Sequence record: NC_070998.1
DNA length: 64,000 nt
Reading direction: 5' to 3' (one strand)
Every line of letters starts with the position of its first letter. Position 1 is the first letter of the stretch. This document shows, piece after piece, positions 50,898 through 59,924 of the stretch. The notes under the pieces are model-generated. The model had not been told where the DNA came from. It worked only from the letters and a program-made list of their open reading frames with translations, and did not search any database. A program made the translations under genes and the position numbers.

Positions 50898-51941
50898 ATG
50901 ATAAATGTTTATTTCTCAGAATTACCTAAAACTTTAACTGAAATATTGGGGTTAAAGTACGATGAAACAATGTCTTATGAAGAACGAGTTCAGAAAAGAT
51001 ATGATTATATTAAACAGCAGTATGAACTAGATAACAAATATGAGGGATGGGATTACCTTGAACATATCAAAGGTAGAGCATTATTTAATCATTTCATTAC
51101 CTTTGATTATTTAATTTCTACCAAAGGTAGAATTTTAACTTTATTTGTACGAAAAAATAAATATAAAGTTTTAACTGGTGATGTGGGAACTGAAGGTTAC
51201 AAAAGACAGGCTTTACACTTAAATAACGTGGTTTATAAATTCACTAATCATCGTGCCGTCGGATCCACTTTCGTTCCTAAACAGAACCACTACAAAGAAA
51301 GTTTAAATATTTTAGAAGTAAACCATAAAGACTCGATTAAGTTAAATAACAATTTCTTTAATTTGGAATGGTGTACCGGGAAAGAAAATGTACAACATAA
51401 TCACATCGAGCGATCAGATAAAAACATTTATTTTAATCAAAACTTCGAAGCGACGGTAGAAATAGATTGTAAATACAAAGGTGTTAAGTTCAAAGTTTTT
51501 GGTGCGGAAGGTCTTAATGAAATTGGGCTGGTTGCCAATCGGGTCCGTAAAGTTCTAATTGGTTCAACGACAGTTTCCTTCGGTTGTAGTTGGAAAATAA
51601 TAACTCAAGAAGAAGCTGAACAACTTCCTGATATTCCAGAGTTTATTAAGAATAAATTTCTTAATGATAGAAACTATATGAATCATCGTATTAAACCTTT
51701 AAAAGGTACTGTTGTTAAAGATTGTAAATATCAGGGACTGGAATTTGTCATTTACGGTAAACAGGAATTGCGAGGTTTTGGATTTAGCCAAGGCGGGATC
51801 TCAAAAATAACGTCAACCGGGATTTCACACCAAGGATGTCTTTTTGAATATATTTCCAGAGATGAAGCTGAGTTATTACCCAGAGGGTTAACTAAAGAAC
51901 AGCAAAAAGTTATTGTAATTAAACGTGACGCTACTGAATGA
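50898..51941 (+). mobile_element. Free-standing HNH endonuclease, close paralog of 14209..15255
   Basis: First ~50 nt identical to 14209; VNHKDSIKLNNNFFNLEW; two C-terminal repeats. Confidence 0.88.
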
Positions 51942-51974
51942 ATATGTTTCATATTCTATAAAGGAAATAGACAA

Positions 51975-52301
51975 ATGAAAGAAGTACATAAAGACAATAT
52001 TTGTGTTGTAACACGTTCAGAAGTTGATGTCAATCGTTATTATGGTCGTGGTCGCAATAATAATCTTCCATTTTGCATGCTTAGGTATCAGGACTCAAGT
52101 GATCCCAATAAAGAAAATGGTTTCACTTTGGAAGGTGTAATCGCTTCTGCTATTGATCGTTTGGAACACTTTAATACTGGACAGTTTAAATGTGATCACA
52201 ATGATCGTGCTTTGGAACATCTTCGTGGTGCATTGAAAGAACTCAATGACCGAGTAGAAGATCGTAAAGCGCGAGATGTTTACAACACCGACAAAGCTTA
52301 G
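51975..52301 (+). CDS. tad1: Tad1-like nucleotide-signal sponge (anti-Thoeris/anti-CBASS)
   Basis: DRL..F..G.F.C..N..AL.H...AL..LN.RVEDR..R.V..T.K matches the recalled Tad1 C-terminal core. Confidence 0.75.
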   Translation: MKEVHKDNICVVTRSEVDVNRYYGRGRNNNLPFCMLRYQDSSDPNKENGFTLEGVIASAIDRLEHFNTGQFKCDHNDRALEHLRGALKELNDRVEDRKARDVYNTDKA

Positions 52302-52309
52302 GAGTTAAC

Positions 52310-52798
52310 ATGGGTGCTGGATATGCTTCTTTCCAGATGGATTTAAAAAGCGCTGTAGCGATTAATGCAGCAATTGAAAAAGAAGAGATTAAGTGTGCTG
52401 ATGACTTTCACGAGAAGTTAGCAACTAAGATTAATATTGTAGCTAATGATCTTCACGCAACACTGATGTATGACAAACGAGATCCCGACATTAGTCCAGG
52501 GATTAATCGTAAATCATATAAAGCTAAGGTAATCAATGTAGAGAAGCTAGGTGTACCAGGTAAGCAATTCTACGCCCTAGTCCTTACCCTTGAGTCGGAC
52601 GAGATCCAGAAACGTTTTAAAGAGCTCCTAGAGCTTGGGTTTGAGCATTCCTTCCCAGAGCTTAAACTCCATTGTAGTTTGTACTATGGAGATGGGACTG
52701 AACTGTGTTATAAGTTCATGAAACGCTTATTCGATGAAGGTAAACTCCCAGAATACATTACACTTTGTAATGAGAACTGGAATACTTGTAAAGACTAA
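52310..52798 (+). CDS. acb1: Acb1-like 2H phosphodiesterase (T4 gp57B-like)
   Basis: LHATLMY and LHCSLYY (two HxT/S motifs), ALVLTLES, LELGFEHSF; 162 aa. Confidence 0.72.
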   Translation: MGAGYASFQMDLKSAVAINAAIEKEEIKCADDFHEKLATKINIVANDLHATLMYDKRDPDISPGINRKSYKAKVINVEKLGVPGKQFYALVLTLESDEIQKRFKELLELGFEHSFPELKLHCSLYYGDGTELCYKFMKRLFDEGKLPEYITLCNENWNTCKD

Positions 52799-52815
52799 CC
52801 TTTAAGATCCATAGA

Positions 52816-52844
52816 TTTTCAAACCTATATTACCTAAGTGATAA
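52816..52844 (+). promoter_or_regulatory. Early promoter identical to the chimallin promoter
   Basis: TTTTCAAACCTATATTACCTAAGTGATAA. Confidence 0.8.
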
Positions 52845-52892
52845 ATAGAATATGTATTTTTAACTCTACAGGTATAGATAAGGAATATTCTC

Positions 52893-53036
52893 ATGACTTC
52901 TGCTCAATTAGTCGGTATTGCTTTCTTCGCCCCTATGATGGTAGTTACCTTTTCTGTCTTGGGGTTCTACTACTATAACCAGTGGAAAGAAAATAAAGCT
53001 AAGAAAGGCCCGATGGCTCGTTTTAATAAGCGTTAA
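52893..53036 (+). CDS. 47-aa single-pass membrane protein (not in ORF track)
   Basis: MTSAQLVGIAFFAPMMVVTFSVLGFYYYNQWKENKAKKGPMARFNKR; TAAGGA SD; own promoter and terminator (53043..53076). Confidence 0.78.
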   Translation: MTSAQLVGIAFFAPMMVVTFSVLGFYYYNQWKENKAKKGPMARFNKR

Positions 53037-53118
53037 TTGAAGTGTTGCTACTCTCCCAATTGGGAGAGTAGCAATATTAAGAATGATAAATTTTTTGTTT
53101 AAATTTAAGGAGTAATGT

Positions 53119-53532
53119 ATGCCAAAGGGTGTAGTTGCTACCATGGATACTTTAGGTTTTGTTAAAGAACCTACTGTAAAGATTGACCGACTCATTGCTT
53201 ACTGGTTTGCAAACCGCATTGATCAATCTATTATCCTCACTGGTATTTATAGTTATCAATATGTTGTTGCAAGACATCAGAACGATTTCCAAATTGATAA
53301 TTTTATTAAAGATATGGAAGAAAGTTTACGTTCCTATCTTTTAGAGTGTTTCACAGGTGTCGAAGTGGTGGTAAGATCACCAGATTACGAGCCGGTTAAA
53401 AAGATGTTTACTTTAGCAGTTTCAGGACAAGTAGAAGAAGACGGTAAGCTGTATGATTTAGCAACGTCAGTTTCTGTTAATGGTAAGACATTCGAATTAA
53501 TTCAAAGAGGAAGGAAAGAATATGCAAGGTAA
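53119..53532 (+). CDS. Conserved core hypothetical protein
   Basis: 137 aa, AAGGAG SD, TMDTLGFV..P..KID motif. Confidence 0.68.
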   Translation: MPKGVVATMDTLGFVKEPTVKIDRLIAYWFANRIDQSIILTGIYSYQYVVARHQNDFQIDNFIKDMEESLRSYLLECFTGVEVVVRSPDYEPVKKMFTLAVSGQVEEDGKLYDLATSVSVNGKTFELIQRGRKEYAR

Positions 53533-54334
53533 AGAGGTTGCAGGTTTTGAAGGGGTTGATAAATTCGCTCACGGTGATTTGTTCGAATTCCTAAGTAAGT
53601 CCTTTGCTTATACAGAAGTGGCTGGACAACGTGTTATTCAGACCCCGGACGGTTTATTTGTAGAACACGTGTTGATGGAAGAAGAGTACTTCGTAGAGAA
53701 CTGGCTGACCCAATTCGCTATTGGACACGCCGGTGATAAGAACTACTTCGATATGGAGACTTGGAACCAACTTACCGATAACTTTACCAAAGGTGTAATT
53801 GTTATCAATGAGCAACGTCATCCAGTTCTGATCATTCGCAAGTTCACCGAAATGGTGCTTCCTGAAGACCTAATGGAGAAACTAGCTTTTTGCAGTAACT
53901 ATGCTTCTAAGGCCAAATTTGTTACTGACGAAGCCGAAAAGACCGCTCTGATCAAACAGTTTGCTGAACAAGTCAATGCCATCACTAACTATGCTGGAGT
54001 AGACGAAGATTCTCTAACTAGTTTGATTCCTCCCGCTTTCTACGATAAACACAATGTACATCCTCTCACAATGAAGCAATTGATTTACATTCGTGATACG
54101 TATAAAGTGGCTGGACAATCTATCGATCCTGATGGTGATATCTTTAAACGTCTTGAAACCATTATTACTAGGTTTAATAAAGGTGAAAAGATCAACGAGT
54201 CTGATAAGAAGTTTGTACTGGAAATTACCCAAAATGAATTTCTTTTTGACTACGAAGACCATTCGGTAGAAGAACCAATTTCAATCGAAAAAACACCGTC
54301 AGAACCTGAAGAATTTAATCCACTTGCGGATTAA
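53522..54334 (+). CDS. Conserved core hypothetical protein
   Basis: 270 aa, overlap coupling. Confidence 0.68.
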   Translation: MQGKEVAGFEGVDKFAHGDLFEFLSKSFAYTEVAGQRVIQTPDGLFVEHVLMEEEYFVENWLTQFAIGHAGDKNYFDMETWNQLTDNFTKGVIVINEQRHPVLIIRKFTEMVLPEDLMEKLAFCSNYASKAKFVTDEAEKTALIKQFAEQVNAITNYAGVDEDSLTSLIPPAFYDKHNVHPLTMKQLIYIRDTYKVAGQSIDPDGDIFKRLETIITRFNKGEKINESDKKFVLEITQNEFLFDYEDHSVEEPISIEKTPSEPEEFNPLAD

Positions 54335-54366
54335 ACTAATGAGGGTGTTTACGTCTAGGAACAGAC

Positions 54367-55500
54367 ATGGAAAAAAGATTTAATGCATTATGGTGTTCTG
54401 ATCAACATACGTTGCACCCTCATACCTCCACACAACACATTTTGGATAACATGAGTCGTTTCTATTACAAAGATAACAACTTAAGTGATATCGATCTAAG
54501 TGTTTGGGGTGGGGACTTCTTCCATGACTTAGCGCCAGCTAACGACAGTAACTTGTTGTTAGTGCACCGCTGGGTTAAAAAGTATTTACATAGTTGCCAT
54601 GAACGTAAAGTCCATGTAAGAATATTAGAAGGAACATCTTCCCACGATTGGGGACAACCAGAGACTTTAGAAGTACTAAAACCAAAAGGATCTCCTTATA
54701 TCAAATACATCAATACGTTGAGCATTGAGTTTATTCCAGAACTTGATATCAATGTAATGTATGTTCCTGATAACTTTGGTAAAACCTCCACCGAAGATAT
54801 TTATGATCAAGCAGTTGAACTATTAGCTAATCATAACTTGACCCAAGTGGATTTTATCTTCTTACATGGTGGGTTTGTATTTCAACTTCCTCCAGTTGCC
54901 AATAAGCACGGTACATTGTACGATGAATTGAAATGGAGTAAGTTAGCTAAACACGCTATCTTCTCAGGTCATATTCATAAACCTGGACAGAAATACAATA
55001 TCTATTGTTCCGGTTCTTTTGATCGTATAGCACATGGTGAAATGCATCCAAAGGGTGCTTACAGATTCTCGTTCAATAAAGAACACTTCAGCGCCTCGTT
55101 CTACGAGAATATCTATGCCCAGATATATGACACGATCCAGATAACACCGGAAACTAATGTTAAACAACTTACCAAGATCATTGATAGCTATTTAAGGAAA
55201 TCACCGCCACCTAAAACACGTATTAAAGTTAAAGGTGGTTTGTCAGCAGTAACGGTAGCTTTAATAAATGAGTACAAAGATCAATATCCGATGTACCATT
55301 TTGAAACTGATAATGTCAAGGAAGAGAATATTGATATAGATGCTACTCTGTATTCTCCAGAAGACTATAAAGCCATCACGTTGACTAAAGATAATCTTAA
55401 AAGTAATTTGTTTAATTTCATGGAACCAACTATCGGTCAGAACGATGACATAGATAAAGCGTACCTTGAACAGTTATTAGACGAGGTAATGAATGGTTAA
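54367..55500 (+). CDS. SbcD/Mre11-like metallophosphoesterase nuclease
   Basis: SDQH, GGDFF, GTSSHD, HG and GHIH motifs. Confidence 0.87.
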   Translation: MEKRFNALWCSDQHTLHPHTSTQHILDNMSRFYYKDNNLSDIDLSVWGGDFFHDLAPANDSNLLLVHRWVKKYLHSCHERKVHVRILEGTSSHDWGQPETLEVLKPKGSPYIKYINTLSIEFIPELDINVMYVPDNFGKTSTEDIYDQAVELLANHNLTQVDFIFLHGGFVFQLPPVANKHGTLYDELKWSKLAKHAIFSGHIHKPGQKYNIYCSGSFDRIAHGEMHPKGAYRFSFNKEHFSASFYENIYAQIYDTIQITPETNVKQLTKIIDSYLRKSPPPKTRIKVKGGLSAVTVALINEYKDQYPMYHFETDNVKEENIDIDATLYSPEDYKAITLTKDNLKSNLFNFMEPTIGQNDDIDKAYLEQLLDEVMNG

Positions 55501-56305
55501 CCGCACACTAGGTACTGTACCGATAAGTGTCGGTACTGCAATGGCCATAGAAGCTCTCCAGAGCGCTCCTATGCACAGATACCAAACACTCCTCGTCAAT
55601 CTACGTACTGTGGTGAGAAACGCAAGAGAGGCGTTTGAGGAGCTTCCTAGCGAAACTGAACTTTTTAATGCAGCTAAAGATGATGTGGTGGGGATTGCGA
55701 ATTATATTGCTGAACTTAAGTTGAAAACACTACTTGACATTAAGTTCTATTATCCTAGTTATCAAGCCCTACCAAGACTCTTTCCATTAGCTAAATTAAA
55801 AGAACAGGATCCCAGTAAGCTAGTTAATCCAAAAGAAGAGAACAGAAAGAAAAAGATCATTCTTGATAATGGTGCACTAAAACGTCTTATTAAAGAGTTT
55901 GATAAGTTTGTTTCCCAAGTGGATTCATCTATTCCTCAGTTCTCAGGAGATGGGTTAATCATTACTCACCACCCTGTTGATCTAGTAACAACAGAAAGTT
56001 ACCACAGATTGCATCTATTAGAGTCACACACTGGATCGATAAAAGGTTACGTTCAGTTTTACACTAAACTAACTGGAGGGAAAGAGTTAACTAATATCCC
56101 ATTAAACAAACTGACCATTCAGATCTTTGGTGATAATGCTGTTAACTTCATGTCCCAATCAATCTCAGTGAAAAACGAAATCAAAGCTCTGGCTAAATCG
56201 GTACCATGGAGTACTGCATCCACGCCAAGCTTTATCGCTAGTACAATTAGACGGATGCCGAGCTCTGCGCCAGAACGCGACATTCTACTCAAAATGATTA
56301 AGTAA
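55493..56305 (+). CDS. Conserved core protein (phiKZ gp66-like)
   Basis: 270 aa, PISVGT, NLRT..RN and LLESHTG motifs; synteny. Confidence 0.62.
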   Translation: MVNRTLGTVPISVGTAMAIEALQSAPMHRYQTLLVNLRTVVRNAREAFEELPSETELFNAAKDDVVGIANYIAELKLKTLLDIKFYYPSYQALPRLFPLAKLKEQDPSKLVNPKEENRKKKIILDNGALKRLIKEFDKFVSQVDSSIPQFSGDGLIITHHPVDLVTTESYHRLHLLESHTGSIKGYVQFYTKLTGGKELTNIPLNKLTIQIFGDNAVNFMSQSISVKNEIKALAKSVPWSTASTPSFIASTIRRMPSSAPERDILLKMIK

Positions 56306-56318
56306 AAGGAATATCAAT

Positions 56319-56354
56319 ATGTCTCAACAACAAGCTTTCCAACGTCGTCCATAA
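56319..56354 (+). pseudogene. Truncated 5' copy (11 aa) of the ChmC-like gene at 57454
   Basis: MSQQQAFQRRP* with AAGGA SD versus MSQQQTFQRRPQLL. Confidence 0.85.
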
Positions 56355-56418
56355 TTTTAGCGCTCTAAAAAATTTAGAACATATATCATCATTTAGAAAT
56401 GTTGTAATGGAGTTCTAA

Positions 56419-57435
56419 ATGTGTGAAATAAAATTAATATCAGATATTCTTAATCTATCCTTAGCTAAGGAAGATCATGAAGAAACTGTACAAAAACGTT
56501 GGGATTATATTCAAGAGCAATTAGAGAAAGATCCTAATTGGGTGGGTTATGACCACGCCGAATACCATCACGGTAGGGTTGATCTCTTTATAAACTTTAA
56601 TGGATGTGTAATTTCAACCAATGGAGAAGTGTTTAACAACACCGGGGTATTGAATAAAGTTTACACTAATAATTGTAAGTATAAATTTACAACTTTAAAA
56701 AATAAAGAAAAATCAAGTAGCTACTTTATACATAGATTGTTGGCCTCAACATTTTTACCTAGAAAAAATGATCTGGTTTCTAAACCTTTCCATAGATTGC
56801 AAGTGAACCATAAGGACGGAGTTAAAGCCAATAATATTTTATTTAATCTTGAATGGTGCACTAGTAAAGAGAATATTATTCACGCGTTCGATAAAGGTTT
56901 GTGCAAAGGTATTTCTGGGTCGGAAAACTCAAGAACTATACCTCTTTTGGCAACAGTGGTAATGATCGGACCTTTCAAAGGAAAGCAGTTTGTTTTAGTT
57001 GGTAAGCAAGAGTTTATAAATCATGGGTTTCACCAAGGTGGTGCGCATAGATGTTATAACAAAGATCTAGAAACTTCTAATGGATGCACTTGGGTTGGTA
57101 TCGATCCTGATAAGATATCGGACTACCCAAGAACACCGCCAGAAGGATACTTGGATTATTACCGCGAGAACTATCTCCTTTCCATGCCAACTTCTATACC
57201 AATAGTAGGAACCATAGAAAGAGGTCCACATGCTGGATACACTTTCTGCTTAATAGGTAGAAAGGAAATAAAAGCTGCCGGTTTTATCGACTCTCATGTA
57301 AGAGAAGCTGGACATAAAAACGGTATGCATAAAGGTTGTCGATGGAAGGTTATATCTAAAGAAGAAGTTGGCCATTACCAAAGAACCTTACCAAAAGAAA
57401 TTTTTAACACTATTCCAAAATACAACGAAAAGTAA
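56419..57435 (+). mobile_element. Free-standing HNH endonuclease, same family
   Basis: VQKRWDYI, IHRLLASTF, VNHKDGVKANNILFNLEW, two C-terminal repeats. Confidence 0.88.
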
Positions 57436-57453
57436 TTTATTAAGGAAAAAAAT

Positions 57454-58191
57454 ATGTCACAACAACAAACATTTCAAAGACGTCCTCAACTACTTGCCAA
57501 TGACTATCGTTACCCGGCTCCAATGTCCCGTGAACCTGTAGAGGGTGCTAAGTACCCTGCGCGTTGGACTTGGGAACAAGGTCTGGATGGTAAGATCTAT
57601 TTTAAAGTTAACGACGGGGTATTCGGTAAAGACGACCGTAACGCCAAAATGAAAGAAGTCGAAATGTCTGCCATGGATCGACTGTCCCTGTTCGAACTAA
57701 TGAAAGATGCTTGTGATAACGCCAACTTCACCAAAACCCAGTACCACGTCAAGAAAGTTACTTTCGGTGCTGGCGGTCGTTTGAACGAACATCCGTCTAC
57801 TCTTGGCATCTTTACTGTCATGCGTAGCCAAGAAGGACGAATCTCGGTAGGTTATACCAAAGGTTCCTACAAAGTTATGTTTGAATTCAAATCACCATTT
57901 GATTCAATGATTATGGTATCTAAAGACGGTGAACCTTGTGAAGACCCAGGTTTGATGAGTCGTGTATATTGCAAGGCGTTTATCAATTTCTACGGCCCAT
58001 ACCTTAACGAGCTAGAGATTGCCGGTTATAAGCCGCGCGAGAGCAAGAACGCTGGTGGTAATAACAACGCTGGTGGTAACAGTGGTTGGAACGGCAATGG
58101 TGGTAATAACTGGAATGGTAACGGTGGCGGTAACAATAGTTCACAACGTAAACCAGATCCCACTTCTTTTGATGATGACTTGGACTTTTAA
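57454..58191 (+). CDS. ChmC-like nucleus-associated nucleic-acid-binding protein (phiKZ gp67 position)
   Basis: 245 aa with G/N-rich disordered tail and acidic FDDDLDF end, directly upstream of the gp68-like gene. Confidence 0.68.
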   Translation: MSQQQTFQRRPQLLANDYRYPAPMSREPVEGAKYPARWTWEQGLDGKIYFKVNDGVFGKDDRNAKMKEVEMSAMDRLSLFELMKDACDNANFTKTQYHVKKVTFGAGGRLNEHPSTLGIFTVMRSQEGRISVGYTKGSYKVMFEFKSPFDSMIMVSKDGEPCEDPGLMSRVYCKAFINFYGPYLNELEIAGYKPRESKNAGGNNNAGGNSGWNGNGGNNWNGNGGGNNSSQRKPDPTSFDDDLDF

Positions 58192-58259
58192 GAGTAACTT
58201 TTAAAACATTTAAAGAGAGAAGGCTTTAAGCCTTCTCTCTATTATATCTATTTTTACCG

Positions 58260-58286
58260 TCCTATATTTTTTCAGATAGATATTAT
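58260..58286 (+). promoter_or_regulatory. Variant early promoter
   Basis: CCTATATTTTTTCAGATAGATATTAT after terminator 58214..58240. Confidence 0.6.
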
Positions 58287-58317
58287 TTAAGTGTTATTCT
58301 AGGGGAGTGTTTAAAAA

Positions 58318-59919
58318 ATGCGATATAGCACCGTACTTTCTGGGAAACGACGGATTGATTCTGTTATCGTTTCTCACAATAATGAACAGATTGAATTTAA
58401 GGGAACACAAACGGTTTGCGGTGGCGATGCTGATCAAGAGTTGTTCGAATTCATGAACATCTTCTTTGAAGGTTGTCGTGAGAGTACTATGGATCAATTG
58501 TGGAATTTGTTTAAAGAAGGTAAACGAATTCTCCAACCTGGTTATTTCGAAGAAGCTGAAACTCCAGAACTATCGGAACTTCGTGAACGTAGTTTGGATT
58601 ATCAGTTCCTAATCGATAAACTTGGCCCTATTGTCAAGCGTATGTACGAGTTGGTTACACCCAATGAAATTGCTTACGCAGCTCAAGTAACAGGTCGTAC
58701 GGTAGCTCCTAAAGACCTGATGCGTATGGCAGCTATGGGGGACTATCCAGAAGAGACTACAATTGATAATGACAAGTATGCTGAGTTAGTTAAACTTGCT
58801 TTCACAGCTCAACTTTGCTTCCCTCTTATCAACCAGTTGTTAGACCAGATCAACGAAGTAACTGGTAAAGATTATCAGTACGCTGTAGTGGGTAGTATGA
58901 TTTCTCAGATCCCTAGTATCGTAGAGATACCTGGTTGGAAGATCATGGATACCTATATCCGTGCAAGTTGTGCTCGTAAAGATAGTAAGCGGGAAAATAC
59001 CGACGTGGTATCTGAAGAACGATATGTTGACTATATCGTATTCGAGGGACTGTTTAGTAAACTCTCTTTGTCATTTATCCCGAGTCAACTCAAAGACAAA
59101 AACTTGTCCAAAGAGTTAAACTCATTAGTAGAAGGAAAAATCCGTAAAGAACAATCTACAAAGTTTACAAGGTTCTCCGAAAGTAAACCAGGTAGCGATG
59201 ATCAATCCATTCCAGAAAGTTATCGTATCGCTCAAACAGTAAATGGTTCTGATGAAGAAGCTATGGCAGAGTTCTTCTCATTTGGTATGTTTGATGAAGA
59301 AGATAAACCTCGTCATAAAGATATCTTTAAATACCAAGCAAAAGCTCTTGGAATTAAGGCCGAAAAGACCGTGGAGAAGTTGTTTCATAATCTTCCAACT
59401 GTTTGGGATTTTCGTTTTACCAACATTCAGAATCAATTACTCCAGTTAGCGTTTATTGATGATATTAACTATTATCTTTATCCTGCTATGGATTATCGGC
59501 AGCTAACCGCTGCAATGTGTTTGGCGCAAGTTAAACTATTTGAACAAGGTTATGAACATCTTGCCCAACTAGTCCGTGCTATGCGTTCTAATGCTGTCCC
59601 TATTACTTACATGGGAGATGAATTCAAACTCTCTACCAAAGAGCGAGAGGATCTAATCGATCTGTGTTATATCTATGTGGGTCAATCCACTGCTAGTACA
59701 GATAACATGTTAGTGATGTCGGTACAATCCTTCCTAGATGAGTTAGCGGCCTCTGGGTGGGAATCTAATATCGAACCAGGATTATTGGGTAACCAGAAGT
59801 TCCTTGATGCAATGTCACCCGGTGATATGTATCCCATTGATCTAGTACCAGAAATTAAACGTGAGTTACTTGCGTTGATTACCCAAACCCATAGTGTAGA
59901 AAAAGAAAACGAGGAATAA
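58318..59919 (+). CDS. nvRNAP sigma-like subunit (phiKZ gp68-like)
   Basis: 533 aa; size and position between ChmC-like and PicA-like genes. Confidence 0.68.
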   Translation: MRYSTVLSGKRRIDSVIVSHNNEQIEFKGTQTVCGGDADQELFEFMNIFFEGCRESTMDQLWNLFKEGKRILQPGYFEEAETPELSELRERSLDYQFLIDKLGPIVKRMYELVTPNEIAYAAQVTGRTVAPKDLMRMAAMGDYPEETTIDNDKYAELVKLAFTAQLCFPLINQLLDQINEVTGKDYQYAVVGSMISQIPSIVEIPGWKIMDTYIRASCARKDSKRENTDVVSEERYVDYIVFEGLFSKLSLSFIPSQLKDKNLSKELNSLVEGKIRKEQSTKFTRFSESKPGSDDQSIPESYRIAQTVNGSDEEAMAEFFSFGMFDEEDKPRHKDIFKYQAKALGIKAEKTVEKLFHNLPTVWDFRFTNIQNQLLQLAFIDDINYYLYPAMDYRQLTAAMCLAQVKLFEQGYEHLAQLVRAMRSNAVPITYMGDEFKLSTKEREDLIDLCYIYVGQSTASTDNMLVMSVQSFLDELAASGWESNIEPGLLGNQKFLDAMSPGDMYPIDLVPEIKRELLALITQTHSVEKENEE

Positions 59920-59924
59920 ATAAA

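Noticed and set aside
51975-52301. Acb2 identity
   Set aside because: Lacks the GYRxL and IAQP motifs; matches Tad1 instead
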